The translations under genes and the position numbers were made by a program. The notes below the pieces were generated by a model. The model saw only the letters and a program-made list of their open reading frames with translations. It searched no databases and was not told where the DNA came from. This document shows, piece after piece, positions 1 to 9,879 of a stretch of 64,000 nucleotides of DNA. The stretch is from NCBI GenBank assembly GCA_964554565.1, contig CAZKPC010000001.1, positions 16,956 through 80,955 of the forward strand, in the 5' to 3' direction. The first letter of the stretch is position 1; each line of letters begins with the position of its first letter. This stretch comes from an uncultured Halobacteriales archaeon. Lineage in GTDB: Archaea > Halobacteriota > Halobacteria > Halobacteriales > Hikarchaeaceae.

Positions 1-2
1 GC

Positions 3-743
3 TTGGTTCTCGGTGTCGTAGGCGAACGGATCGGCCGGTCGGGCGTCAAACGTGCGATGGCCGGGACCGCCGGCGTCCTCGTCGTGGTGGTGCTCCCGGT
101 CCTCTACTGGGGTGCGCTGGAGGCGATGCTCACCGAGACGCTGCTCGTTCCGCTGCTGATCGGGCACGGGCTGGGCTCCAGCTCGCCGCTAGAGCTGATC
201 TACCGGACGCTCGGCCTCGCCTCGCTGATCGCCCTGCTCGGCGTCATCGGGGTCGCCGTGGCGGCCTGGCATCGACCCCGCGAGACCTGGTGGCTGACCG
301 CCGGGACCGCCTGGTTCGGGATCCAGGTCCTGCTAATTGATCTCGACGGCGTGCCCGACCTCTTCCCGCTGCTGGCGTTTCTGGCTGTTGGCGTCGGCCT
401 GTTGCTCGGCTTCGAGTCGGGGCGACAGCGACCGGCGGCCCTCCTGCTCGCGGTCCTCGCGATCTCTTCGGTGGTGACGATGGGTGGGTTCGGGATCGGC
501 GACGGGCCGCTACGCGAGACCTCGGGCCTCGTGTACGACGACGAGCGGGAGTTGACCGTCCCCTATGGACCCATCGAGCGCGACCTGCTCTTCTGGCGCG
601 GGGTCGAACCGGAGACCTGCCGGGTGTTCTTCGGCCGTACCCAGTACCAGCTCGTCGAGCGGACCGATGCGACCGCGCTCCAGCGGGAGTGCGGCCAGGC
701 GGAGCCGGTGCTGGAGGCGCTCCGGGGGGCCTGGCTGGGCTGA
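3..743 (+). CDS. Integral membrane protein, C-terminal portion (gene begins upstream of the window)
   Basis: The frame is open to the left window edge. It has several hydrophobic helices (VLVVVVLPVLYWGAL, LGLASLIALLGVIGVAVAAW, LLAFLAVGVGLLLGF) followed by a soluble acidic tail. No family recognised. Confidence 0.6.
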   Translation: MVLGVVGERIGRSGVKRAMAGTAGVLVVVVLPVLYWGALEAMLTETLLVPLLIGHGLGSSSPLELIYRTLGLASLIALLGVIGVAVAAWHRPRETWWLTAGTAWFGIQVLLIDLDGVPDLFPLLAFLAVGVGLLLGFESGRQRPAALLLAVLAISSVVTMGGFGIGDGPLRETSGLVYDDERELTVPYGPIERDLLFWRGVEPETCRVFFGRTQYQLVERTDATALQRECGQAEPVLEALRGAWLG

Positions 744-770
744 TGGCCCGAACGGCGGGCCGCCGATCCC

Positions 771-2072
771 TCACGCGCCGTCGAGGTTCAAGCGGTTGCG
801 ACCGATCGATTCGATCGCCCCGGAGAGCCAATCGACGCCGATCCGAATGGACGTCTCGTCCACGTCGAAGGTGGCGCTGTGATGGCCGCCCGGGTGATCG
901 GTGCCGACCCCGACGTAACACGCGAGGCCGCCCCGATCCTGCACCCGGTCCATCAGAAAGGTCGCGTCCTCGCTGCCGCCCAGCTCGTCCCGTTCGAGCA
1001 CGGTGTCGACGCCGGCCACGTCGGGCGCGAGCTCGGCCAGCAGATCGACAAGTCCCTGATCGCTGGTCGCGCTCGGGGCCTCGGACTCCGAATGGATCTC
1101 GACGGAACAGTCGTGCATCTCGGCCGCGGCCCGAAGCATCCGGTGCGCGTGACGGCGAGTGTATTCCATGAGGTCCGTGGTCCCGCCCCGGACCTCGCCT
1201 TCGACGAACGCGTCCTCCGGAATGATGTTGGTCGCCGTGCCCCCGCCCATGAGGCCGGCGTTGATACGAGTCGGGCCGTCGTCGTGCCGGGGAATGGCAT
1301 AGAGGTTCTGGATCGCGGTGGCGGCGGCCTGTACGGCGTTCCGGCCGTCTTGCGGCGAGCCGCCAGCATGAGCGGCGGCCCCGTCGAAGGCGGCCCGGAA
1401 ATGGCTCACGGCCAGGAACCCGTCGACCCCGCAGACGACCTCCCCAGTGGGGTGATCGAGCCCGACGTGGACGGCCAGCAGGGCATCCAGATCGTCCAGG
1501 TGCCCGCTCTCGGCCATCGGTTTCCCGCCGCCGATCCGCTCCTCGGCCGGCTGGAAGAACACCTTGAGCGTGCCCTCGAAATCGCTCGCCTTCACCGCCT
1601 CTACTACCCCGACGCCGATCGCCGCGTGGGCGTCGTGACCACAAGCGTGCATCATGCCGTCACGACCCGACCGGAACCCCTCGGCGACCGGCCGATGGTC
1701 GGGGTCGTCGCTCTCATCGCGCGGCAGCGCGTCGATATCCACCCGCAGCCCCACGGCGGGGCCGTCACCCTGCTCCAGTACCGCGATGGCGCCCGTCCAA
1801 CCCCCCCTGAGCTCTTCGAGGATCGACGCGTCAGCGCCGTCATCGAGCGCCCGCTGATACCAGCGTTCGAGGGTCTCATCGTCGGGAACGGCCAGTCGGT
1901 CGTCGCCCAGGGCGTCCCGGCCGACATGCAGGCGATCGACGCCGATGCGTTCGATAGCTTCGATCAATCTCGCGGTCGTATAGAACTCACACCACGCCGG
2001 CTCCGGGTGCCGGTGAAGTTCCCGGCGGAGCGCGATGAGGTGATCCGTCCCGGCTGACTGTGACTCGGCCAT
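771..2072 (-). CDS. M20-family amidohydrolase (N-acyl-L-amino-acid amidohydrolase, M20D type)
   Basis: 433-aa ORF with the metal-site motif MHACGHDAH, FQPAEE and a dimerisation-domain layout typical of M20D amidohydrolases. The overlapping 392- and 466-aa ORFs are Arg-rich artefacts. Confidence 0.85.
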   Translation of the reverse strand: MAESQSAGTDHLIALRRELHRHPEPAWCEFYTTARLIEAIERIGVDRLHVGRDALGDDRLAVPDDETLERWYQRALDDGADASILEELRGGWTGAIAVLEQGDGPAVGLRVDIDALPRDESDDPDHRPVAEGFRSGRDGMMHACGHDAHAAIGVGVVEAVKASDFEGTLKVFFQPAEERIGGGKPMAESGHLDDLDALLAVHVGLDHPTGEVVCGVDGFLAVSHFRAAFDGAAAHAGGSPQDGRNAVQAAATAIQNLYAIPRHDDGPTRINAGLMGGGTATNIIPEDAFVEGEVRGGTTDLMEYTRRHAHRMLRAAAEMHDCSVEIHSESEAPSATSDQGLVDLLAELAPDVAGVDTVLERDELGGSEDATFLMDRVQDRGGLACYVGVGTDHPGGHHSATFDVDETSIRIGVDWLSGAIESIGRNRLNLDGA

Positions 2073-2139
2073 GGACCCGCTCGGTCCGAGAGCCCCTTAA
2101 CAACCGGTATCCGCTCGCGGTGACCGCTGGATCCGCCGG

Positions 2140-2457
2140 TCACCGGACCTGCGAGACCTCGACGACACGGCGAACGCCCTGGGGCACTGTCTGTTCCATC
2201 AGGGACCGGACCGTGTCATCGTGGCCCGTGAACTCCAGGGTCCGTTCGTAGACCGTGTAGGACCAGCCGGGGTACCGGCGACCGTCCGACGGCGGGGACC
2301 GCTTGAACAGCGGAACGGAATACCGCTCGGGCGGATCGGTGTGAGGACCGCGCAAGTCCAGGCCCTTCCGCTCGGCGGTCCGTTTCAGCTCCTCCACGAC
2401 GCGGTCAAGCGCCGCCCGGTCGCCGCTGGTCAGGACGATCCGGGTGAGGAAGGGCAT
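2140..2457 (-). CDS. Stand-alone ribosomal protein uS10 (NusE)-like paralog
   Basis: Start set at ATG 2457 (MPFLTRIVL); the track ORF extends to an upstream alternative start. The 105-aa product aligns by eye over its full length with archaeal S10 (..LDLRGPHTDPPERYSVP.., ..RSLMEQTVPQGV..) but is not in a ribosomal operon. Confidence 0.65.
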   Translation of the reverse strand: MPFLTRIVLTSGDRAALDRVVEELKRTAERKGLDLRGPHTDPPERYSVPLFKRSPPSDGRRYPGWSYTVYERTLEFTGHDDTVRSLMEQTVPQGVRRVVEVSQVR

Positions 2458-2593
2458 GTCCGTCCGGACGGAGGACGGCGACGGGTTTACCGTTTTCCCC
2501 ACGGTCCTCTCGGACTTCCGAATTGGTCGCGGATCCGGGCGCAATCAGGACGTGGCGACATTCTCTTAACGGCCCGTCGAGTACTTCTGCGTA

Positions 2594-3016
2594 ATGATAG
2601 AGGCTACGAGCGCCGGGGCTATCCTCTACCGGGACTCGCGTGGCAAACGCGAGTACCTGCTGCTCAAGAGCCGCCCCGGCGATTGGGAGTTCCCGAAAGG
2701 GGGCGTCGAGGGCGAGGAGGAGTTACAACAGACGGCGATCCGTGAGGTGCAGGAGGAAGCCGGCATCGAGTCCTTCCGACTCATCGACGGCTTCCGGCAG
2801 GACTACGACTACGTGTTCCAGGCGAACGGCAAGACGATCCACAAGACGGTCCACCTTTTCATCGCGAAGTCCCAGGAGACGAGCGCCGACCTCTCGCACG
2901 AACACTCCGATCACCAATGGCGCGATTACGAACAGGCCGTCAACACGGTCACGCAGGACGGCCCGCGGCAAGTGCTCCGTGACGCCCACGCCTACCTCAA
3001 CGAACAGGATCTCTAG
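2594..3016 (+). CDS. NUDIX hydrolase (Ap4A-hydrolase-like)
   Basis: Nudix box GGVEGEEELQQTAIREVQEEAGI (GX5EX7REUXEEXGU); 140 aa. Confidence 0.85.
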   Translation: MIEATSAGAILYRDSRGKREYLLLKSRPGDWEFPKGGVEGEEELQQTAIREVQEEAGIESFRLIDGFRQDYDYVFQANGKTIHKTVHLFIAKSQETSADLSHEHSDHQWRDYEQAVNTVTQDGPRQVLRDAHAYLNEQDL

Positions 3017-3125
3017 AGCCAGCCGTGAGTGAACGCCAGGCGCTAAGCTAACGGCGGTTCCGGGGTTCGTGAGAGGTCGCCCCGCCGGACCAACGGTTAA
3101 GGGGCCGTTGCGCATCGGCTCAAGC

Positions 3126-3890
3126 ATGGCCGATCCGCTCCAGATCGATCCGGGGCCGGTGACGACACTGACGGTCGACCGGCCGGACAAGCTGAATTCG
3201 CTCACGGTTGAAACCCTCCAGTGCTTGGAGGAGGCGATCGCTGAGGCCAGTGAGGAGGCCCGAGTCCTCGTGCTCACGGGGGCGGGCGACGACGCGTTCA
3301 TCGCCGGAGCCGACATCTCCTACATGCAGTCGCTCGAGCCAGCAGCCGCTCAGGACTACTCCGAGCTGGGCCATGCCGTCGCCGACGGGTTGGAATCGTT
3401 CCCGGGGCCTACGATCGCGGCCATCAACGGGTACGCGCTGGGGGGCGGCTGTGAACTCGCCATCGCTTGCGACCTCCGGATCGCGTCCGAGCGAGCGGTC
3501 ATCGGTCAGCCCGAGATCGACCTCGGGATCTTCCCGGGCTGGGGCGGCACCCAGCGGCTCCCGCGACTGGTCGGCGACGAGATGGCCCGCCGGCTGATCT
3601 ATTTCGGCGACCGCGTGGACGCCCAGGACGCCAACGAGATCGGCCTCGTCGGGGAGGTCGTCGCCCACGACGAGCTGGAGGCGCGGGTGAGTGAGATGGC
3701 CGAGGAGCTCGCGGCGAAACCACGCCTCGCGATCCGGGCCGCCAAGGAAGCGCTCAACCTCGAGCGGCATGGCGACCCTGAGGCCGGGTTGGCCTACGAA
3801 CGCCGGGCCTGGAGTGGCCTCTTCGGCACCCCCGACCAGCGCGAGGGCATGGCCGCGTTCCTCGAGGACCGGGAGCCGGACTTCGAGTGA
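3126..3890 (+). CDS. Enoyl-CoA hydratase/isomerase (crotonase family)
   Basis: Crotonase motifs LTGAGDDAFIAGADI and INGYALGGGCELAIACDLRIA. Start moved to ATG 3126 (MADPLQ); the track start at 3069 is GTG. Confidence 0.85.
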   Translation: MADPLQIDPGPVTTLTVDRPDKLNSLTVETLQCLEEAIAEASEEARVLVLTGAGDDAFIAGADISYMQSLEPAAAQDYSELGHAVADGLESFPGPTIAAINGYALGGGCELAIACDLRIASERAVIGQPEIDLGIFPGWGGTQRLPRLVGDEMARRLIYFGDRVDAQDANEIGLVGEVVAHDELEARVSEMAEELAAKPRLAIRAAKEALNLERHGDPEAGLAYERRAWSGLFGTPDQREGMAAFLEDREPDFE

Positions 3891-3893
3891 GGC

Positions 3894-5174
3894 TCAGTCC
3901 GCGAGCGGGCCGCTCCGATCGACCCCGGCGGCCGTCTCCTCGACCTGCGTGTAGACGAGGACCGTGCCGATGGCCGCGAGGCCGGCTCCGACCGCGAACG
4001 GGACGACGAACCCGAACCCGACGAGGGTGCCCGAGAGCAGCGGTCCGACGGCCACGCCGAGGCCGAACGCCATAGTTAGGACCGCCAACTTGGTGCCCGA
4101 TTCGCCCTGTTTCGCGAGGTCGCCCGCGATCGCCAGGGAGGGCGCGAACACCATCGTCATCGCGACCCCCTGGGCGATCCGTGCGAGGAGGAGCTCGAGC
4201 GATGAGGTCACGAGGCCCTGCCACAACGTCGTCGGCACGAGGAACGCCATCCCCGCGATCACGAACGGCCGCCGGCCGTAGAGGTCGGTCGCCCGGCCGA
4301 CTGGCGCCTGGAGCAACACCTGTACCAGGACGAACGAGGCGAACTGCAGCCCGAAGACCGTCGCCGTCTGATCGAGCCTGGCGTTCACAACGTTCTGCAG
4401 CGTGGAGATGAGCGCGATCCCGATCGCCATCACCAGGGTCGCGACCCCGAGCGTGAACACTGGATCCAGCAAGTGTTCCCCGGTCGGATCACGGATCGCG
4501 ATCGAGACGTCCCGCCCCGCGCTGGCTTTGAGTTCGGGCGGATCGCTGACGAGGACCGTCACCAACCCGTAGCCGATCGCCGCGGTCGCGGCCGCCATGG
4601 CGAACGCCGCTTCGAACCCCGATACCGGCAGGCCGCCGAACCGATAGGGCCCGGCATTGACGATAGCCCCGGCAGCGACGGGGCCCGCACCGAAACCCAG
4701 CAGCCGGAACGTGTTGAAAACGCCCATGTTCCCGCCCCGGGTCGCGGTGGTGGCCAGCTCGTTCACGAGGGCCAGCGTCGCCGGGATCGTGAACGCGACG
4801 CCGATCCCCTGGACCGCCCGGATCAGGATGAGCAGCCAGTACCGGTCAGCGAACACGTACGCCAGGTCAGTGACGAACAACACGGCCAGCCCGAACAGGA
4901 TGTACACCTTGCGCCGGCCGGTCCGGTCGGACAGCCGGCCGGCGAAGGGTTGGGCCGCGCTGTTGAGAAAGCCGAGCAGCGAGAGCGTGACGCCGATGAT
5001 CAGCGGCTCGGTGACCGTGTAGCCGAACAGCTCCGCCCCGAGGAGCGGCCCCGAGACGCTCCCGCTGGCGATGAACAGCGGCAGGACGATGACGAGAAAG
5101 GAGTTCCCGACCGCGTCGGCCATCCGGGCGAATGAGAGCGCGATGACACGACGGTCCGTCCCGAAGACCTCCAT
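3894..5174 (-). CDS. MFS transporter
   Basis: 426 aa with about 12 hydrophobic helices and the MFS loop motif GRLSDRTGRRKV after TM2. Convergent with the hydratase gene, 3 nt apart. Confidence 0.85.
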   Translation of the reverse strand: MEVFGTDRRVIALSFARMADAVGNSFLVIVLPLFIASGSVSGPLLGAELFGYTVTEPLIIGVTLSLLGFLNSAAQPFAGRLSDRTGRRKVYILFGLAVLFVTDLAYVFADRYWLLILIRAVQGIGVAFTIPATLALVNELATTATRGGNMGVFNTFRLLGFGAGPVAAGAIVNAGPYRFGGLPVSGFEAAFAMAAATAAIGYGLVTVLVSDPPELKASAGRDVSIAIRDPTGEHLLDPVFTLGVATLVMAIGIALISTLQNVVNARLDQTATVFGLQFASFVLVQVLLQAPVGRATDLYGRRPFVIAGMAFLVPTTLWQGLVTSSLELLLARIAQGVAMTMVFAPSLAIAGDLAKQGESGTKLAVLTMAFGLGVAVGPLLSGTLVGFGFVVPFAVGAGLAAIGTVLVYTQVEETAAGVDRSGPLAD

Positions 5175-5294
5175 CGACGCTTGGTTTCCGCGGTCGGCGT
5201 ATCAGGGTTGCCTTTCCCCGCTCGGTTAACCGCCACTTGCGCTTCGGCTGTCATCAGCAGCCTTAACGGCACCCCTGGATTAGCCGGGCGCGAG

Positions 5295-5606
5295 ATGGAG
5301 TTCTGCGACGAGTGCGGGTCGATGATGCGCAAGGACGGCGACGTCTGGGTGTGTGGCTCCTGTGGGGCCGAACAGCCGGTGGACGCCGACGAGACGTACG
5401 TCGTCACCGAGGGTCAGGAAGTCTCCGAGATCATCGAGTCAGCCGGTGGCGACCAGGGCCTGCCGACGACCCAAACCCGCTGTCCGGATTGTGGCCACGA
5501 CGAGGCCTACTGGTACCTCCAGCAGATCCGGGCGGCCGACGAATCCGAAACCCGGTTCTTCGTGTGTACGCGCTGCGAGCACCGGTGGCGCGAGGACGAC
5601 CACTGA
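5295..5606 (+). CDS. tfs: Transcription factor S (TFS, RpoM/TFIIS-like)
   Basis: N-terminal Zn ribbon (CDECGS..CGSC) and C-terminal TFIIS-type ribbon with an acidic hairpin (CPDCGH..RAADESETRFFVCTRCEHRW). Start at ATG 5295 (MEFCDECG). Confidence 0.9.
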   Translation: MEFCDECGSMMRKDGDVWVCGSCGAEQPVDADETYVVTEGQEVSEIIESAGGDQGLPTTQTRCPDCGHDEAYWYLQQIRAADESETRFFVCTRCEHRWREDDH

Positions 5607-5621
5607 CGGGGTCGCCGGTGA

Positions 5622-6356
5622 TCAGGCCGGCGCTCGGGCAAACGTCAGATAGCCGGTGTGCCCGACGCCGGCCGTGGAGGGGCGGGACCCGCGCTCGTCG
5701 AAGTCCATCTCCCGCTGGATGGTCTCGAGGCTCCGGATGGACTCGAAGCCGGCGTCCCGCGCCGCTTCGACCGCGGAACGCGTGTGTTCGACGAACGGCG
5801 TATAGACCGCGAGGCCGCCGGCCGGTGCGAGTAGTGCCGGCGCCTCGCGGACGACCGCGGGCGCGTCCTCGGTGTCGAGCGTGACGGCGTCGAACGGCTC
5901 GCCGGCCGCCAGCTCCGACTGCGCATCGAGCACGTCGGCCGTCCGGACCTCGACCCGGTCCGTGACGCCAGCCGTCGCCATGTTCCCGCGGGCGGTGTCC
6001 GCGAAGTCCTCGTCGCGTTCGTACGTCACGACCGACAAACCGAGACGACCCAGAAAGACCGCCAGGATCCCGGTCCCGGTCCCGGCATCCAGGACCCGAT
6101 CTCCGGTCTCGAGCCCGAGGTGGCCGATCACCAACCCGATATCACGGGGGAGCATCGGCGCGCCGGTCCGGTCCAGATGGCGGAACAGGGCCGGGCCACG
6201 GACCGGTTTGACCTCGAAGGGCTCTCCCAAATGGGTCTCGATGGTGTCCCCCGGCGCGACGTCCGGAGGCACCTCCAGCACGCCGAGGTCCGTTTGGAGT
6301 TCCTCGCCTGGGGCACAGAGGAACTCGCGGCCGTCGCGGACCAGCAGGAGGCTCAC
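5622..6356 (-). CDS. trmI: tRNA (adenine-N1)-methyltransferase TrmI (Gcd14 family)
   Basis: SAM-binding motif VLDAGTGTGILAVFL after an N-terminal beta domain. The GTG start overlaps the nac stop (GTGA). Confidence 0.8.
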   Translation of the reverse strand: MSLLLVRDGREFLCAPGEELQTDLGVLEVPPDVAPGDTIETHLGEPFEVKPVRGPALFRHLDRTGAPMLPRDIGLVIGHLGLETGDRVLDAGTGTGILAVFLGRLGLSVVTYERDEDFADTARGNMATAGVTDRVEVRTADVLDAQSELAAGEPFDAVTLDTEDAPAVVREAPALLAPAGGLAVYTPFVEHTRSAVEAARDAGFESIRSLETIQREMDFDERGSRPSTAGVGHTGYLTFARAPA

Positions 6357-6751
6357 GAGAGCTGTTCGATCGCCGCCGCCAGATCGCCGTCGGCGGCCTC
6401 GAGGGCCTCCCGCGCTTCAGCCGTGGATGCCCCGGACTGCTCGGCCACCAAGGCGATGTCTTCCTCGGGGATGCCGTCATCGTCGTCAGCGCCAGTGGTA
6501 CCGCCTTCGCCCTCAGCTTCGCCGCCGGCCGGGTCCGCGCCCTCGCGCTCCTCGGGCGACCCGACGACCTGATAGGTCTCCTGCCCACGAGCGTCCATTC
6601 GGGTGACGTCGGGACTGTCGAAGACGAGCTCCGTCCCGTCGTCTAGCTGTAGGACGGCCGACGACACGTCGAGTTCCGTCACGTCGATCCCCATCTGCTC
6701 CATCATCTTCTGCATCTTGCGCGGGTTCAGTCCGCCACCGCCACCAAACAT
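6353..6751 (-). CDS. nac: Nascent polypeptide-associated complex protein (NAC alpha homolog)
   Basis: N-terminus MFGGGGGLNPRKMQKMMEQMGI, a NAC domain, and a C-terminal UBA-like tail (EAREALEAADGDLAAAIEQL). Confidence 0.9.
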   Translation of the reverse strand: MFGGGGGLNPRKMQKMMEQMGIDVTELDVSSAVLQLDDGTELVFDSPDVTRMDARGQETYQVVGSPEEREGADPAGGEAEGEGGTTGADDDDGIPEEDIALVAEQSGASTAEAREALEAADGDLAAAIEQLS

Positions 6752-6837
6752 GCGGAAATCGTCGGTTCGGCGCGAGAAAAGGATGGCGTTCGGCGGCCAA
6801 CCGCCCGTTCCCGCTCTCCCACCAGCGAGCCGAGGAG

Positions 6838-7314
6838 CTAGGCGTCCCCCGCCCCCTCTCGTACCATCACCGCCATGCCGGTCTCGAACGTCCGCATGGC
6901 CGCCGCGGAAAGTTCGGCCCGCCCGACCCCGAGCAGCCGATCGTCCTCACGGACGACGAGGACCTCGTCGCCGGGGCGGATCGAATCGTCGACGGCAGTC
7001 ACGAACTTCGCGAACGCGTTCTTGCCGTCAAGCACGAACGGCTCGGATTCCTCGCCCACCGTGACGCGACACTCGGGCGGATCGAGGGCCGCCTGTAACC
7101 GCCGGCCCCCGGCCACTCCCAGCGAGAGCCGGCCGTCGGTATTGTAGCTCGCGAGCCGGCCCTCATCGATCCGGAGCTGACGGGGGCGCCCGGTCTTGGA
7201 CCGTTCCACGTCGAGCGGTTCGTCCGTCGGAACGATCGCTTGGCCGGCCCCGCGGCCGAACTGGTAGTCCGCGACGGTCCGCAACCCCGCGACATCAGGC
7301 CCCCGGTCAGCCAT
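6838..7314 (-). CDS. PUA domain-containing RNA-binding protein
   Basis: C-terminal PUA-like segment (IRPGDEVLVVREDDRLLGVGRAELSAAAM). ATG 7314 preferred over the TTG at 7341. Confidence 0.7.
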   Translation of the reverse strand: MADRGPDVAGLRTVADYQFGRGAGQAIVPTDEPLDVERSKTGRPRQLRIDEGRLASYNTDGRLSLGVAGGRRLQAALDPPECRVTVGEESEPFVLDGKNAFAKFVTAVDDSIRPGDEVLVVREDDRLLGVGRAELSAAAMRTFETGMAVMVREGAGDA

Positions 7315-7445
7315 GGCCGCCGCTGTCCCGGCGGCGGGCAAAAGCGTGTCGCCCCACCCCCCACATCGGGAGACCCGTTTGCGTCAACCGGCCATCGATC
7401 AACGATCGGCCCGGGTGCTTCGCAGTACCTCCCTTCCGGCCGATA

Positions 7446-7943
7446 TCAAAGGAGGAACGTCTCGGTGTCCTCGGAGAGGTCACGGAACTCGTCAGCGGAC
7501 GCCACTAGGTCCTCGGCGGTCGATTCACCGAACGCGAGCACTTCGACCCGGACCCCCTCGTGTCGGAGGTGCGAGCAGAGGCGCACGAAGTCGCCGTCCC
7601 CCGTACAGAGCACGATGACGTCGACGTGGTTCGCGAGCGTCACCGCGTCGAGGCTCATCCCGACGTCCCAATCGGCCTTCTTCGTCCCGTCAGCGTAGGT
7701 CCGGATCGGCTTGATCTTGGCCTCGAAACCGATCGAGTCGAGCGCCTCGAAGAACTTCTCCTCGTCCGGGTTGTCCGCCTTGATGACATAGGCGATCGCG
7801 CGGACCAACGACCGACCGCCGACGGCCTGTTCCAGCAGTGACGTGTAGTCGATGTTGCGGGTATGCAAGCTCTGAGCGGTGTGATAGAGGTTTTGGGCGT
7901 CGACCAGGATCCCGACCCGCTGGGCGGGATGAGCAGTAGACAT
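7446..7943 (-). CDS. NYN domain (LabA/DUF88-like) protein
   Basis: GILVDAQNLYH at the N-terminus and VLCTGDGDF, both typical of NYN/LabA nuclease-like domains; 165 aa. Confidence 0.8.
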   Translation of the reverse strand: MSTAHPAQRVGILVDAQNLYHTAQSLHTRNIDYTSLLEQAVGGRSLVRAIAYVIKADNPDEEKFFEALDSIGFEAKIKPIRTYADGTKKADWDVGMSLDAVTLANHVDVIVLCTGDGDFVRLCSHLRHEGVRVEVLAFGESTAEDLVASADEFRDLSEDTETFLL

Positions 7944-8218
7944 GTGGATGGCTGCTGGGGCCCAGAACCAAGGTGTTCACGCTTCTGCTTCCCCCAGAGA
8001 CGGAACCGCTAAGTGCGTCCGTGAACACGCCTCGCCCATGCCTCGCGCTGTGGACCCGGCCGGTCGGTCCCGGACCGACAGCCGCGGCCCCGCGGCGCGC
8101 TCCTTCTCGGGCGAGAAACGGGCCTGAAACCGGCTCTCGGCGGGCGTAGCGACCCCGTCGCGGGCTCCCCCCGGCCCGGCACCGCTCGCGACCGTTTCCA
8201 CCACCGATCAGATGCAAC

Positions 8219-9115
8219 ATGACAGACCAACCGTTCGCCGGGGTCTACCCGGCCATGACGACGCCGTTCCACGAGGACGGCAGTATCGACCACGAATCGC
8301 TCCGGGCCGAAGCGCGCCGACTGGCGGACGCCGGCGTCGACGGGCTCGTCCCCGCCGGGTCGACCGGCGAGGCGGCGACGCTCACCCACGACGAACACAT
8401 CGAGGTCGTCGACACCGTCATCGACGAGGTCGACGTCCCCGTCATCGCGGGCGCGGGCAGCAATTCGACCCGCGAGGCGGTCTCGCTCTCCGAGCGTGCG
8501 GAAGCCGCCGGTGCCGACGCGCTGCTCCACCTCTCGCCGTACTACAACAAGCCCGAGCCCGCCGGCATGGAGAACCACTACCGCCGGATCGCTGACGCCG
8601 TCGACATCGACGTCATCCTGTACAACGTGCCGTCCAGAACGGGTCGGGACATCGAGATCGACACCGCCGTGTCGCTGGCGAGCCACGCGAACGTGACCGG
8701 CTACAAGGCCGCCAGCGGAGATATGGGCCGGATCTCCCAGGTCATCGAACGAACACGCGAGGATGAATTCAGCGTGCTTTCCGGCGACGACGGCATGACC
8801 TACCCCATCCTGGCCACCGGGGGCAGCGGGGTGATCAGCGTGTCCGCGAACGTCGTTCCCGAGCCCCACGTGGAGCTCGTCCATTCGGCGCTGGATGGCG
8901 ACTACGGGCGAGCTCGGGAGCTCCACCACGAGCTCGGACCGTTGTTCCGGGCGATGTTCATGGAGACGAACCCCATCCCGGTGAAGGAGGCCGTCCACCG
9001 TCTCTACGACCGGCCGCCGCACGTGCGGCCGCCGCTGACCCGCCTGGACGAGTCGAACCGCGACGAGCTCGCGGCCGAGCTCGAACCGTACCGGTCCGAG
9101 AACGTCACGGCATGA
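8219..9115 (+). CDS. dapA: 4-hydroxy-tetrahydrodipicolinate synthase
   Basis: GSTGEAATL and the YKAASGD Schiff-base lysine region; 298 aa. Confidence 0.93.
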   Translation: MTDQPFAGVYPAMTTPFHEDGSIDHESLRAEARRLADAGVDGLVPAGSTGEAATLTHDEHIEVVDTVIDEVDVPVIAGAGSNSTREAVSLSERAEAAGADALLHLSPYYNKPEPAGMENHYRRIADAVDIDVILYNVPSRTGRDIEIDTAVSLASHANVTGYKAASGDMGRISQVIERTREDEFSVLSGDDGMTYPILATGGSGVISVSANVVPEPHVELVHSALDGDYGRARELHHELGPLFRAMFMETNPIPVKEAVHRLYDRPPHVRPPLTRLDESNRDELAAELEPYRSENVTA

Positions 9116-9879
9116 ACGTCGCGGTCGCCGGGGCGACGGGCCAGATGGGCGGGGCCGTAACCGAACTCGCCGTCGAACGCGACGACGTCACCGTCGCGTT
9201 CGGGATCGGTCGGGACCCCGAGGCCGGCCGGATCGACGGTGTCCGAGTCTACCGGCCCCGGGAGCTGGCCGATCTGCTAGACGAGCAGCGGCCGAACGTC
9301 CTGATCGACTTCACCACCCCGGAGGCCTCGGTCGAGATCGTGCAGCAGGCGGCGGCCGAAGCCGTGCCAGCCGTCGTGGGGACGACCGGTTTCGACGAGG
9401 CCCAACGGCAGTCCCACGAGGCCGCCGCCGAGAACGTCCCCGTCCTGATCGCGTCGAACTTCTCGCGGGGGGTCCAGGCGCTCCGCCAGGCGGTCCGCAC
9501 GGCGGTGGACGCCCTTCCGGAGTACGACATCGAGGTAACCGAGACCCACCACAACCGCAAACGCGACGCGCCAAGCGGGACCGCGAAAACGCTCCTCGAC
9601 GCGATCGATGACACGCGCGACGACTCGCCCAGGGTCCACGGGCGCAACGGCGACCAACCGCGGGAAGCCGGCGAGATCGGCGTTCACGCCCGTCGGGCCG
9701 GGGGCATCCATGGCGAACACGAGGTACTGCTGGCCGACAACGACGAGGTGCTCACGCTGACCCATCGGGCCGAGAGCCGCCGGGTGTTTGCCGCCGGTGC
9801 CATCGACGCGGCCGTCTGGCTCGCGGGACAGCGGCCGGGTATCTACTCCTTTAGGGACGCGCTGGAGGAGGGCGCATGA
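9112..9879 (+). CDS. dapB: 4-hydroxy-tetrahydrodipicolinate reductase
   Basis: Signature ETHHNRKRDAPSGTA and an N-terminal Rossmann segment VAVAGATGQMG. ATGA overlap with dapA. Confidence 0.93.
   Translation: MNVAVAGATGQMGGAVTELAVERDDVTVAFGIGRDPEAGRIDGVRVYRPRELADLLDEQRPNVLIDFTTPEASVEIVQQAAAEAVPAVVGTTGFDEAQRQSHEAAAENVPVLIASNFSRGVQALRQAVRTAVDALPEYDIEVTETHHNRKRDAPSGTAKTLLDAIDDTRDDSPRVHGRNGDQPREAGEIGVHARRAGGIHGEHEVLLADNDEVLTLTHRAESRRVFAAGAIDAAVWLAGQRPGIYSFRDALEEGA

Noticed and set aside
244-1644. 466-aa minus-strand ORF (with sister ORFs 689-1171 and 879-2057) overlapping the membrane protein and M20 amidohydrolase genes.
   Set aside because: The composition is extremely Arg/Pro/Gly-rich, with no motifs. 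It lies antisense or out of frame to a gene with clear M20 motifs. This is the typical stop-codon-poor artefact of GC-rich DNA.
7973-8028. 9-bp inverted repeat GTGTTCACG ... CGTGAACAC in the divergent NYN/dapA intergenic region.
   Set aside because: By rough estimate, tens of 9-bp inverted repeats with loops of 50 nt or less are expected by chance in 64 kb of this composition. There is no additional support.
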